Source: an uncultured Nitrososphaerota archaeon (GTDB taxonomy: Archaea > Thermoproteota > Nitrososphaeria > Conexivisphaerales > DTJL01). Taken from it: a DNA stretch of 64,000 nucleotides. The stretch covers positions 160,001-224,000 of the forward strand of contig CAWJIE010000005.1 of assembly GCA_963842885.1 (NCBI GenBank), read 5' to 3'. Below are positions 38,963 through 48,287 of this stretch, piece after piece; position 1 is the first letter of the stretch, and each line of letters begins with the position of its first letter. The notes beneath the pieces were generated by a model. That model was not told the origin of the DNA, did no database searches, and was given only the letters and a program-made list of their open reading frames with translations. Position numbers and translations under genes: made by a program.

Positions 38963-39687
38963 AGGACAGGCTGATCGTCGGGACGGACGACGCCGGCAGG
39001 GGTTGCATCATCGGCCCCCTGTGCATCGGAGGCGTGACGGCGCCGGCGAGCATGGAGGAGCGTTTCAAGGAGATGGGCGTCAAGGACTCGAAGCTCCTGA
39101 CCCCCGAGTCGAGGGAGCGCCTCTACGGCGAGATCAAGGCCATCGTCCCGAAGTCCCTCGTGCTTAAGATCCCCCCGAGGGAGGTGGACGAATACGTTAG
39201 GCACCGCAAGAAGCACACCAAGCTCAACTACCTCGAAGCCATCTACATGGCAAGGGTCATCAACGAGCTCGACGGCGAGATAGCCTATGTTGACGCTTCC
39301 GACACCAATGTGAAAAGGTACGCCGAGCAGATCGAGGAGCACCTCACCCGGAAGGTGAAGGTCGTCTCCACGCATTTCGCCGACAGAATCTTCCCGGTCG
39401 TCTCAGCGGCCAGCATCCTGGCGAAAGTGGAGAGGGACAGAGAGATAGCGATGCTCAGGGACAAGCACGGCGACTTCGGCTCGGGCTACCCCAGCGATCC
39501 CCGCACCATCGAGTTCCTTGAAGAGTGGATGAAGAAGCATTCCGAGGCGCCGTCGTTCTCTCGCCTCACTTGGAAGACCTGGAACAGGATCGGCGTAGGG
39601 GAAGAGGAAGGAGGCGGACAGGGCAAGCTGGACGGCCAGGGCGAAAAGCGACCTGACCTGTCCCTGATGGAACACGTAAGGTATTGA
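38959..39687 (+). CDS. rnhB: Ribonuclease HII
   Basis: GTDDAGRG.IIGP, VKDSK, VSAASILAKVERD, FGSGYPSDP. Confidence 0.95.
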   Translation: MKDRLIVGTDDAGRGCIIGPLCIGGVTAPASMEERFKEMGVKDSKLLTPESRERLYGEIKAIVPKSLVLKIPPREVDEYVRHRKKHTKLNYLEAIYMARVINELDGEIAYVDASDTNVKRYAEQIEEHLTRKVKVVSTHFADRIFPVVSAASILAKVERDREIAMLRDKHGDFGSGYPSDPRTIEFLEEWMKKHSEAPSFSRLTWKTWNRIGVGEEEGGGQGKLDGQGEKRPDLSLMEHVRY

Positions 39688-39714
39688 CTGACTTTCAGGC
39701 GTAAGACCTTCATC

Positions 39715-40008
39715 ATGGCGTTCATCGTGCTGGCCGTCGTGGCGGCGTCGCCTCTCCTCGTTGGACTAGGCACCATGGCCTCCCTCATGGTGCTCGAGGG
39801 GACCAAGTCGCTCATCAACCTCCCGATTTCGGCGGTGATCCTCGTCGTGCTGACAGGGCTCATACTTCGCTCCCCCTCGGCGATAGGGAGGCCGCTGGTA
39901 AAGAACGCCTTCAAGGCCGTGAGCAGGCTCCCGAGCATAGTCCTGGCTGCGGTGGCGGCTCAGATGATACGCGACGCCCTGTTCGCCTTGGGCGTCTTCC
40001 GGCTCTAG
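39715..40008 (+). pseudogene. MarC-family C-terminal fragment, degenerate
   Basis: SPLLVGLGT (cf. PLLAGPG), SRL.SIVLAAVAAQMIRDAL; about half MarC length. Confidence 0.5.
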
Positions 40009-41078
40009 CGTTCCCTTCTGCCTTCGACGAATTCCAGGAAGAGCCGCTTGGCATCTTCGTAGGGCATCTGGATGGGCGGGTGTTTGAAACAGTAGGCCGA
40101 AAGGCTCGTCAGCGGTCCACCGATCCCCCTATCCAAGGCGAGCTTAGTCCCCCTTATCGCGTCTATCATGACGCCGCCGCTGTCGGGGGCGTCTATGACG
40201 TGGAGCTTGGCTTCGATGGTGACTGGAGTGTTGCCGAAGTACCGTCCCTTGAGCCAGATGTAGCACACCTTGTCGTTGTTGAGGAATTCGACGTAGTCGC
40301 TGGGGCCAATCCTGGTGGGCACCGGGTAGGGCGTCATGGCCCGGACTGCGGAGGTCTTGCTCTCCCTCTTGTCCACCAGCCTGCTCTCTTCGAGCATGTT
40401 GAGGAAGTCGGCGTCGCCGCCGATGTTGAGCTGATATGTCTCGTCCACCCTGACCCCCCTTTCGTACATGAGCTTGACCAGGGACTTGTGAAGCACAGTC
40501 GCACCAAGCTGGCTCATCACGTCGTCGCCGGCCACGGGGAGGCCCCTTTCCTGAAACTTCGCCGACCATTCGGGGTTGGAGGCGACGAACACGGGCATGG
40601 CGTTGATGAGAGCCATTCCCGACTTCAACGCTTCGTCGGCGTAGAAATGGACGGCCTTTGTGCTTCCCACGGGCAGGTAGTTGACCAGGATTTCGGCGCC
40701 CGACTCCTTCAGGACCGAGCTGACGTCCACCTCGGGTCCGTCGGCGACCTGAATGACCTTCGACAGGTACTTGCCTAGGCCATCGAGGACGTGGCCCTTC
40801 TGGACCTCGACGCCGAGCCTCGGCACGTCGTGGATCTTGGGCGTGTTGTTCAAGCCGCTGAAGATGGCCTCGCTGAGGTCCTTGCCCACCTTCTTCTTGT
40901 CGACGTCGAAGGCAGCGACGAATTCAATGTCACCGGGAGTTATCCCGCCGAGTTCGTAAGCGATCAGCCCGATGACATCGTCAGGCTTGGCATGAGAGTA
41001 GTACTTGATACCCTGTATCAGCGCGGATGCGCAGTTGCCCACACCGGCGACCGCGACGCGCACTTTCCCCTTGGGCAT
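40005..41078 (-). CDS. ino1: myo-inositol-1-phosphate synthase
   Basis: GVGNCASALIQG, NYLPVGS, GDD..SQLGAT, YQLNIGG..DFLNM, DAPDSGG. Confidence 0.95.
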   Translation of the reverse strand: MPKGKVRVAVAGVGNCASALIQGIKYYSHAKPDDVIGLIAYELGGITPGDIEFVAAFDVDKKKVGKDLSEAIFSGLNNTPKIHDVPRLGVEVQKGHVLDGLGKYLSKVIQVADGPEVDVSSVLKESGAEILVNYLPVGSTKAVHFYADEALKSGMALINAMPVFVASNPEWSAKFQERGLPVAGDDVMSQLGATVLHKSLVKLMYERGVRVDETYQLNIGGDADFLNMLEESRLVDKRESKTSAVRAMTPYPVPTRIGPSDYVEFLNNDKVCYIWLKGRYFGNTPVTIEAKLHVIDAPDSGGVMIDAIRGTKLALDRGIGGPLTSLSAYCFKHPPIQMPYEDAKRLFLEFVEGRRER

Positions 41079-41127
41079 GGACTTTTACGACCATAAAAGT
41101 GTATAAAAATATATCGAATATGTCCTG

Positions 41128-41790
41128 CTAGAGCGAGTCGGCCGTCAGGCGGACGAGCTTCGCATAATAGGACCCGTGCTCCGCCGTCTTCGAAGTGAAG
41201 GCCCAGTCGGTGGCCTTGGAGGGGTCAAAGCGGACGAAGGGGGAGGCCGGGTCCTTGTCCAGCTTCACGTAGAAGTAGAAATCGGATCCGTCGAAGTCGC
41301 CCATATGCACGAACGTCCCGAGATGGAGCTCGCTGCCATTCTTGGACAGATAAAGAGGGGCGTACGATTCGTCCATGACGTACCTGTAGGCGCCCAGCTT
41401 CAGAAGGCTGTTCACGTCGCCGAGCTCGACCCGCTGGACGTCTGCGTCCACTTGGTCCCTCTCCTCGATGGCGTCGAGGAAGGCCTTGGGCGTCTCCTTC
41501 AGGGTCAGGACTGGCGAATGAAGGTACTGGGTCAAAGTGGCGTCGTCGACGAAGGTGGCCTCTTCCAGGTCTCCGTCGAGCCGGTACCTGACATATGGCT
41601 TGAACGACTTGACGACCGTGTAGAAGAACACTGGAGCCTCACCGAGTTGCTCTGCATGCACCGCGAGGGCGAAGTCCCCCGACCCAAGTGGCATGGCGAA
41701 AAGAGGGCGAGGGATGCGCTCGAAGGCGCAGGAGAGCCGCGCCAGGTCCTTAAGCGATTCCAGTTCCCTGAAGATAGGTGCTTCCTTCAT
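41128..41790 (-). CDS. Hypothetical protein with internal duplication
   Basis: Coding-like 220-aa ORF with TTTAAA box upstream; two similar halves. Confidence 0.75.
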   Translation of the reverse strand: MKEAPIFRELESLKDLARLSCAFERIPRPLFAMPLGSGDFALAVHAEQLGEAPVFFYTVVKSFKPYVRYRLDGDLEEATFVDDATLTQYLHSPVLTLKETPKAFLDAIEERDQVDADVQRVELGDVNSLLKLGAYRYVMDESYAPLYLSKNGSELHLGTFVHMGDFDGSDFYFYVKLDKDPASPFVRFDPSKATDWAFTSKTAEHGSYYAKLVRLTADSL

Positions 41791-41902
41791 GAGTGATACG
41801 TTGACTTGCCTCAGCGGTTGGTTATTTAAAGTGTCTCTAAACTGCGGGGAGGATGTGCCAGCGGAGCAAGATTAAAGTCAGAGGTGCGACAATCCGAGAG
41901 CC

Positions 41903-42296
41903 GTGTCTTCTCGCAAGAAGGCCCAAACGGTGGTGGACAGCAACCGGATCCTGAAGACCCTCGGCGAAGCGGCCGCCCTTGGCGGACTCCCTGAAGGGGG
42001 TCGCCGTAGGGGTTGCCGAGAGGCCTGTGCTCAGGCGCGTCTACATGGAGGTGGAAACGTCGGTCTTCCTGCTCAAGTTGGCGGCGGGGGAGGACGAAGC
42101 TCCCCCCTACGACTCCTCGCTGGAGAAGTCGGAGAGGAGCGAGTTGGTATCGAGGATGGTGGAGAGCCTGGAAGCGGCCAAGGAGCTGGCCGCGGAGGAT
42201 CTCTCTGCCGCGCTGAAGCAGGCCAGGGTCGCCCGCGATTGCGCGGCCACGGTCTTGCATTCCGTAAACCTCGAATCGAGGAGGGCGAAGAGATGA
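41903..42296 (+). CDS. Hypothetical helical protein (apparent frameshift near 41979)
   Basis: MSSRKKAQ...EAAAL joins ADSLKG...VYMEVETSVFLLKL...; stop overlaps the next ATG (ATGA). Confidence 0.55.
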
Positions 42297-43306
42297 CTCG
42301 AGTGGGGAAGCTGGACAGGGAGACCCTGGAGAGGGACGTACTCGGGCACTTCAAGACGACGAAGAAGGAGCTTCTCCTGGGACCGGTCTTCGGGGTGGAT
42401 GTGGCCGTCATCAGATGCCCGTCTGGCTACCTGATCACTTCGACAGACCCCATAACGGGGGAGGTGGACGACATCGGGTGGTATTCGGTCCACGTTTCCT
42501 GCAACGACGTGGCTACCAGCGGGAACAGGCCCCAGTTCGTGGAGACGGTGATAATGATGGGGGAAAATGAAGAAGACGGGAGGGCGGCGGAGATCTCGAA
42601 GGGCATCGCTCGGGCCGCGAGGCAGGTGGAAGCTGACGTCGTCGGGGGACACACGGAGAGGACGCCTGGCCTCAGCCACAGCATTGTGGTGACGACGGCG
42701 TTCGCCTTCGCGAACGGGTATGTGACCGCTGCGGGAGCTAAGGAGGGGGACTCCATCGTGTTTACGAAGACCGCCGGCATCGAAGGGACGTCCATCCTGG
42801 CATCCATGCTGGAGGGGAGGCTCTCCGCGCTGGCCAGGAGGACGGTGAACGAGGGGAAGCGTCTGAGCCGGCTGATGAGCGTCGTCGACGAAGGAGAGGC
42901 GGCGTTCAGGGAGGGCGGGGTCCATGCCATGCACGACCCCACGGAGGGAGGGGTCCTAGGAGGTCTCTATGAGATGGGCGTGGGCTCAGGCCTCGGCTTC
43001 AGGATAGAGGAATCCAGGATACCTCTGGCTGAGAGCACAAAGGAGATAACAGGGGAGTTAAACGTGGATCCGCTTCGCCTCATCGCCTCGGGATCTATGC
43101 TGATGGCCGTGACCCCGGGGCGGGTGGCAGGGGTCCTGCGAGCGGTGAAAGGCGTCGGCGTGGATGCCACGGTCGTGGGCAGGTTCGGGGGAAGCGAAAG
43201 GGTCCTCCTGAGGAGGGACGGGAGTGCGGAGAAGGTAGACGAGACCGTCCTCGACGAGCTCTGGAGGGTCGTAGGTGAGAGCGGTCAGCGCCCGAAACGA
43301 CGCTGA
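42293..43306 (+). CDS. AIR synthase/HypE-like family protein
   Basis: GKL, GP.FGVD.A, STDPITG, NDVATSG, GGHTE, AMHDPTEGG, DPLRLIASG, DELW. Confidence 0.9.
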   Translation: MTRVGKLDRETLERDVLGHFKTTKKELLLGPVFGVDVAVIRCPSGYLITSTDPITGEVDDIGWYSVHVSCNDVATSGNRPQFVETVIMMGENEEDGRAAEISKGIARAARQVEADVVGGHTERTPGLSHSIVVTTAFAFANGYVTAAGAKEGDSIVFTKTAGIEGTSILASMLEGRLSALARRTVNEGKRLSRLMSVVDEGEAAFREGGVHAMHDPTEGGVLGGLYEMGVGSGLGFRIEESRIPLAESTKEITGELNVDPLRLIASGSMLMAVTPGRVAGVLRAVKGVGVDATVVGRFGGSERVLLRRDGSAEKVDETVLDELWRVVGESGQRPKRR

Positions 43307-44083
43307 CGCCTCTGATAGGTGCGGATGGCACGAAGGAAATCGACCTTCCTGAAACCCGGCCAGTAGACATCCATGAAGACCAGCTCGCTGTACGCCGACT
43401 GCCAGAGGAGGAAGCCGCTCAGCCTGACTTCGCCGGACGTCCTGATGATCAGGTCGGGGTCCGGGTCGGGGAGCTCCGAAGTGAACAGGTAGTTGGAGAA
43501 GGTCTCTTCGTCTATCTTGGAAGGCATCACGACGCCTTTCTCCACGTCGCGGGCGAGCCTCTTGACGGCATCCACTATCTCCATCCTCCCTCCGTAGGCG
43601 ATGGCGATGTTCAGGTAGAGGGAGTCATGCGCCGCCGACACCCGTTCCAGCCGGAGCACCTTTTCCTTGATCTCTTCGGGGACGAGAGAAAGGTCGCCGA
43701 GGCCCTTCACCTTGACGCGATGCTTCTGGATGGAGCCGTCCGTGAGCAGCTTCTCCAGCCTCTCGCTTATCACGCTGAATATGACGTCGAGCTCCTCCTT
43801 TGATACGCGTGAGGTTCTCGGTGGACAGGGCGTAGATCGTAAGCGCCTTCACGTCATACTCCAGGCACCACGTCATTAGGTTCTCGACCTTGTCCGCCCC
43901 GAAGGAATAGCCCATCCACTTCGGGTATTCGTTGGCCACGGCCCACCTCCGGTTCCCGTCCAAGATGACGCCGATGTGGCGGGGCCTTGGGAGGCCCTTC
44001 ACTTCGTCGGACAGCCTCCATGTATAGAGCCTGTAGACGCCGATGTCCTTCAGGAAGGAATCGAGGAAGCCTTCAACTTTCAT
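43285..44083 (-). CDS. uppS: cis-polyprenyl diphosphate synthase (frameshift near 43804)
   Basis: HIGVILDGNRRWA, YALSTEN, AIAYGGR, DLIIRTSGEVRLSGFLLWQ, RRFG. Confidence 0.95.
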
Positions 44084-45197
44084 CGCGGCTCAGCGACCGC
44101 CTTCCCTGGTAGAAGTTGTAGGCAAGGTAGACCACGACCAGAAGGACTGCTAGCCCCGCGTAGACCACGATAATAAAGTTGAGGGTGTTCGCCGTGCTAG
44201 GGCTGATCAACGCTTCCGCCATTCCGGCGACGGGAGCGTAGAGCAGAACCAAGCTGGTGAGGGCGATGGCGTCCCTGATTATCTTGGTGCTCTTCCTCAT
44301 GGCGTGGTACACGAATGCCACCACGATGTTGGTGGCGATGGCGATCCAGACCAGGAGCTGGGCATTCAGGATGAAGGTGCCGGAGAACTCCGCGAGATAG
44401 GTCCAGATGGTGGAGGGACGGAGGAGGTAATCGGCATAATCTGGAAGGAGGAGCACCTTGCTGTACGCCTGAAGGGAGGCCACCACGACCAAAATGACTG
44501 ACACGATGAAGGCGAAGAGCCGCGGGAAGAAGTAGGTACGCCGGCGGACACCGATGATCGCCTTGTCAATGTCGAAGGCGCGGATCAGGAAGCTGACCCC
44601 CAGGACGAACGCGATGCCGTAGCCAAAGTCGGCCTGGTTCAGACCCAAGGCGGAGACGAAGATGTAGAGTAGCAGAACCGCTCCGGGAACCCCGAGGAAG
44701 AACTTGGAGTACCTGGGGTCGTATACAAGCATCTTGAGATACCTGCCGAGCACTTCATATGTCTCCTCGACGCTGGCGCTGTGCTTGATCACAACCCTCC
44801 TGATGCTGACGATAGGGACGAAGGACTGAAGCACCGGTGCGAGCTTCTCGTCCTCTATCCCGTCAGAGACGAGGACCAGCCCCTCTGGCTTCAAGCTGCC
44901 TACGACCACTGCTGCCTCTCTCCTCACCTTCTGATCGGCCTCGAAGCCGCTCTCCGAGACGCCGGCCAATACGGCGACGCTGCAATCGTACCCCTTGGCG
45001 ACGAGCTCGTCGTACATTTTCACTGTGGCGAAGATGGCGTTGGCGTCCGCTTCTTCGGGGTCGGCGAGGCAGAGCTTAGCTGCCGCATCCAGGCACTGCT
45101 GGCGGCCAACAATGGGAGTCTCTAAACCGGCCTTACCACCGATGTCGTTGTCTCGGTCCACGTTGATGACCAGGAGGCGGCCGCGCAGCGACTCCAT
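44073..45197 (-). CDS. DUF373 family membrane protein
   Basis: LVINVDRDNDIG, DPEEADAN, VSDG.EDE, RVVIKHS, FFLGVPG. Confidence 0.88.
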   Translation of the reverse strand: MESLRGRLLVINVDRDNDIGGKAGLETPIVGRQQCLDAAAKLCLADPEEADANAIFATVKMYDELVAKGYDCSVAVLAGVSESGFEADQKVRREAAVVVGSLKPEGLVLVSDGIEDEKLAPVLQSFVPIVSIRRVVIKHSASVEETYEVLGRYLKMLVYDPRYSKFFLGVPGAVLLLYIFVSALGLNQADFGYGIAFVLGVSFLIRAFDIDKAIIGVRRRTYFFPRLFAFIVSVILVVVASLQAYSKVLLLPDYADYLLRPSTIWTYLAEFSGTFILNAQLLVWIAIATNIVVAFVYHAMRKSTKIIRDAIALTSLVLLYAPVAGMAEALISPSTANTLNFIIVVYAGLAVLLVVVYLAYNFYQGRRSLSRDES

Positions 45198-45252
45198 GCG
45201 GGTGTTGTTAGGAAAAGCGTCGATTTAAGCTAATCTAGACGAAACGTCCATG

Positions 45253-46107
45253 TCAATTGTTTGAGGATGATAGGTCCTCGCCGTAGAGGACTCGCAGCTC
45301 GTCGAACGTCAGACTCTTGCCGCTCTTCATCTTCGCGAGCGCGTCGTTTCGCGCCCTATCCAGAACCAGCCTGTCCACGTCCGCCCTGACCCTGTTGGAG
45401 TTTATCCTCTGGGTGCTGCGCTCCTTCGCCAGCTCCTCCCTGGCGACCGCAATCTTCGCGTCGATTTCGCTGAGGGTCTTTTCGAGCTCGATGATGTCGA
45501 CGTCCACGGCCCTCAACTCGTCGGAGACCTGCTTACGTGCCTCGATGTAGTTGCGGATCTTCTGCCTCTTCTCCTTGAGGGCCCCAACGACCTCCTCCCT
45601 CTCTGCCTTGGTCTCCATCATCTTGGCAGCGTTCTCGTCGAGCTGGGACTCGAGCTTGTATACCTCCTCGCGGACGTTGAAGGCCTTCCTCCAGACCGAG
45701 ACAGACTTGGCCAGCTCCTTTACCTTGACCAGGACCTCCTGCTCCTGCGCGCGTGTGAGGGGCTGGGTCTGGAGGCGCCACTCCAATTTCTTGAGCTCAT
45801 CTTCGAGGCCTTCTCCCTTCCTCAGGAGCTTCGGCTCCACTCCCTTCATCTGCTCGTCAGCTGCCTTGAGCTTAATCCGGTCGGCTCTGAGCTTCTCCGC
45901 CAATCCCTGTCTCATGTCGTTCAACTCGTTCATCTTCGCTTGGAAGAGCTTGTGCTGGTCGTTTTCCACGTCCAACTTCTGCGTGAGGGACACAATCTCG
46001 TTCTTGAGCTCGGCGCGTCGCGTCCTAATCTTCTTCAACTGCTCGATGATGCCCTTGTGCTGCGTGAAGAGCTCCTCGAGCTTTGCGACGCGGTTATCCT
46101 CCGACAT
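45253..46107 (-). CDS. Archaeal coiled-coil protein (COG1340-like)
   Basis: Long heptads, LEWRLQTQPLT...E, C-terminal GKSLTFDEL. Confidence 0.8.
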   Translation of the reverse strand: MSEDNRVAKLEELFTQHKGIIEQLKKIRTRRAELKNEIVSLTQKLDVENDQHKLFQAKMNELNDMRQGLAEKLRADRIKLKAADEQMKGVEPKLLRKGEGLEDELKKLEWRLQTQPLTRAQEQEVLVKVKELAKSVSVWRKAFNVREEVYKLESQLDENAAKMMETKAEREEVVGALKEKRQKIRNYIEARKQVSDELRAVDVDIIELEKTLSEIDAKIAVAREELAKERSTQRINSNRVRADVDRLVLDRARNDALAKMKSGKSLTFDELRVLYGEDLSSSNN

Positions 46108-46190
46108 TCCCCACTCCTCGCCCTTCATGGAAGGTCTGATATAAGTAAGGCTGTTCCAAATTGAAGGAAGGCGCAGGCTTTCCGGGGGAC

Positions 46191-46658
46191 CTAGCCCCTG
46201 GTGTAGTTCCACAGGTAGGTGCCGCCCTGCACCGCCAGGAACGAATCGGCGCCGACGGCGGCCTCGGCCCATTGGTGGGTTGAGTTGTCGAAGTAATACC
46301 AAAGCCAGTAGGAAGAGGAGCTCCCTGAGAGCCCAAGGATTCCTGTCACGAAGAGCTCGGAGACGTTGCCAAAGCTATAGACCTGGGAGGTTACACGGCC
46401 GCCGGTGGAGACGTAGGTGGCGTTGAAGACGGACGAGCCCACGGGGACATAGGTGTCGTTGTACCAGAAGCGCGTGCCGTTGCCGAAATCCACCCCCACG
46501 TTCACCGTTTCGCTCACCGATCCCAACCTGCTTCGGAGGTAGTCGTTTTCGGAACGGAGCGACCCGGACTCTTCGCAGAAGTAGATGGCGCTGTATGCGG
46601 CCAACAGCAGGGAAGTCAGCAGTAGGACGGTTATCGCCTTCCAGGCAGTATTAGACGA
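46191..46658 (-). CDS. DUF4430-type membrane-anchored protein, putative ECF/B12 substrate-binding partner (start codon unclear)
   Basis: TM helix, VDFGNGTR.W, FVTGI.G, YWLWY, VGADS; the frame is open up to the S-component stop. Confidence 0.75.
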   Translation of the reverse strand, partial: SSNTAWKAITVLLLTSLLLAAYSAIYFCEESGSLRSENDYLRSRLGSVSETVNVGVDFGNGTRFWYNDTYVPVGSSVFNATYVSTGGRVTSQVYSFGNVSELFVTGILGLSGSSSSYWLWYYFDNSTHQWAEAAVGADSFLAVQGGTYLWNYTRG

Positions 46659-47181
46659 ACCTGTCTAACCCCCTGAAGAACGACCTCTTCGTTTCGACCA
46701 CGATCAGTGGCGCCAGAGCCGCAAACAGGACGACGTTCGAAATGATGTGGGCGGCGCTGAAGAGCAGTGTGAGAGGGTTGAACATGCCCGTGAGAATCGA
46801 GGCGTAGAAAAGGGCGCCCGCTACTGCGTTGGTCACCAAATCGTACGCCAGGGTCGCCCCAAGGCCCACCAGACCGAAGGCCCAAGACATCTCCAGTGGT
46901 GAGCTAGCGATTCTTTTCCTCAAGGCCCCGCCCAGCACGCCATAGATCATCTCCATGGGGACTACCGTGAGGAAGGTCAGCAACGAAAAGCCGAGCGGGT
47001 TGACGGTGCCGTACACGGTCCATGACAAAGCACCAGCCGCCGCGCCGTAAAGCGGGCCCATCCAGAAGCCCGCCAGGAAGACAAGCATGTCCATTAGTTT
47101 CACATTCGTGAAGGCGAACATCGCGTAGTTCGTGCTTACGATTAGAGCCACGATCATGGACAAAGCCGCAGGCTTGTTCAA
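46651..47181 (-). CDS. ECF transporter S component (CbrT-like)
   Basis: NVKLMD..VF, NPLG, TLAYDLVTN, HIISN; likely TTG start at 47181. Confidence 0.8.
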   Translation of the reverse strand: MNKPAALSMIVALIVSTNYAMFAFTNVKLMDMLVFLAGFWMGPLYGAAAGALSWTVYGTVNPLGFSLLTFLTVVPMEMIYGVLGGALRKRIASSPLEMSWAFGLVGLGATLAYDLVTNAVAGALFYASILTGMFNPLTLLFSAAHIISNVVLFAALAPLIVVETKRSFFRGLDRFV

Positions 47182-47268
47182 CAGCCCTGGATGGATAATC
47201 CAACCATTTAAAGCCTCCTCGCAGGCGACTGCCAACCATTATATAATCCTGGAGGGCAAGCAGGGACG

Positions 47269-47889
47269 TTGCTTCTCCATGAGATGAAGAAGCTGGTCGA
47301 GGAAGAGGCGCCCGGACCCCATCCCTCCTTCTCTCTGGTCCACGCCCTGTACGCCATCCTGATCCTCGGCGAGCGACCCGTGGGCAGGCAGAAGCTGGCC
47401 GCCCGACTCTTCATCGGAGAAGGGTCCATCCGGACGCTGCTCCGAAAGCTCACACGGAGGGGATTCGTGGTCACGGATTCTGCTGGCTGCCACCTTACGC
47501 CCAAGGGAGCTTCCCTCTGGGAAGAAGCAGAGAAGGCCTTCTACCTCTTCGAGCCCAAATCTGCGAGCCTTCCCGGCAAGGCCAGGTTTGGCGTCGGAGT
47601 CAGGGGAGGCGGCCGCATCGCTAGGGGGATCCCAGAGCGGGATCAGGCGATAAAGGCTGGAGCCGATGGCGCACTGGTCCTGATCTACAAAGGGCGGGAA
47701 CTCCTCATGCCGGGCCTCTCGAACGTCTCCAGGGAGCACCCCGCCCTGTCCAAGAGCATTCTTGAAACCGTGGCGCCGTCGGACGGCGACGCCATCATAG
47801 TCTCCTGGGGCGATGATGCGAGTGGAGTCGTCTACGGCTCTTTGAATGCCGCCTGGTCCATCTACGAGCGGCTGTCAAGCAAGGGATGA
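47269..47889 (+). CDS. DUF4443/HTH domain putative regulator
   Basis: GPHPSF, GRQKLA..L.IGEGSIRTL, LTPKG, RDQAIKAGADGA. Confidence 0.8.
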   Translation: MLLHEMKKLVEEEAPGPHPSFSLVHALYAILILGERPVGRQKLAARLFIGEGSIRTLLRKLTRRGFVVTDSAGCHLTPKGASLWEEAEKAFYLFEPKSASLPGKARFGVGVRGGGRIARGIPERDQAIKAGADGALVLIYKGRELLMPGLSNVSREHPALSKSILETVAPSDGDAIIVSWGDDASGVVYGSLNAAWSIYERLSSKG

Positions 47890-48189
47890 CGGCTTTACTT
47901 CGGTGAGTACCCACCGCCCTTCCTTCTTGGTGGCCAAGAGCGGCCTTGCTCCGAAGGCTTTCCCCCATTTATAGAAGAGGGCCTTCTCATCCTTCGAAAT
48001 GTAGGAGCCCTTTTTCACTTGAACCACCACGATGCTCTTGCCGTTCGTAGCTATTAGGTCGACGGGCGTGTGGGACCCGGCGCTCCTGATGACAAACTTG
48101 AATCCTTCTGATATGAGCATCCTCTTGATTGCGTACTCCGCGTTCCTGCCGGAGATGTAGTTGCTCAAGGGGAGGTACCGACTCGCCAA
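47875..48189 (-). CDS. Hjc-like PD-(D/E)XK nuclease (Holliday junction resolvase family)
   Basis: Y.SGR.AEY, IRSAGSH.PVDLIA, VQVK. Confidence 0.8.
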   Translation of the reverse strand: MASRYLPLSNYISGRNAEYAIKRMLISEGFKFVIRSAGSHTPVDLIATNGKSIVVVQVKKGSYISKDEKALFYKWGKAFGARPLLATKKEGRWVLTEVKPSSLA

Positions 48190-48287
48190 GCTACGCAGAA
48201 GGCCAATATAAGAATGAGCGATGGCAGGAGACTACAGGTCAAGGTTTTAAGCTTAGCAGGCATTAGAGCACAAGAAAGGGCCTGGCC

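Noticed and set aside
41903-43306. 467-aa ORF suggesting an N-terminally extended AIR synthase
   Set aside because: The middle part is off-frame read-through caused by the indel near 41979; the AIR synthase starts at ATG 42293, overlapping the previous stop.
12709-44083. Programmed ribosomal frameshifting or pseudogenisation of radA, smc, pyrG, uppS
   Set aside because: No slippery heptamers at the shift sites, and too many essential genes are affected; assembly error is more parsimonious.
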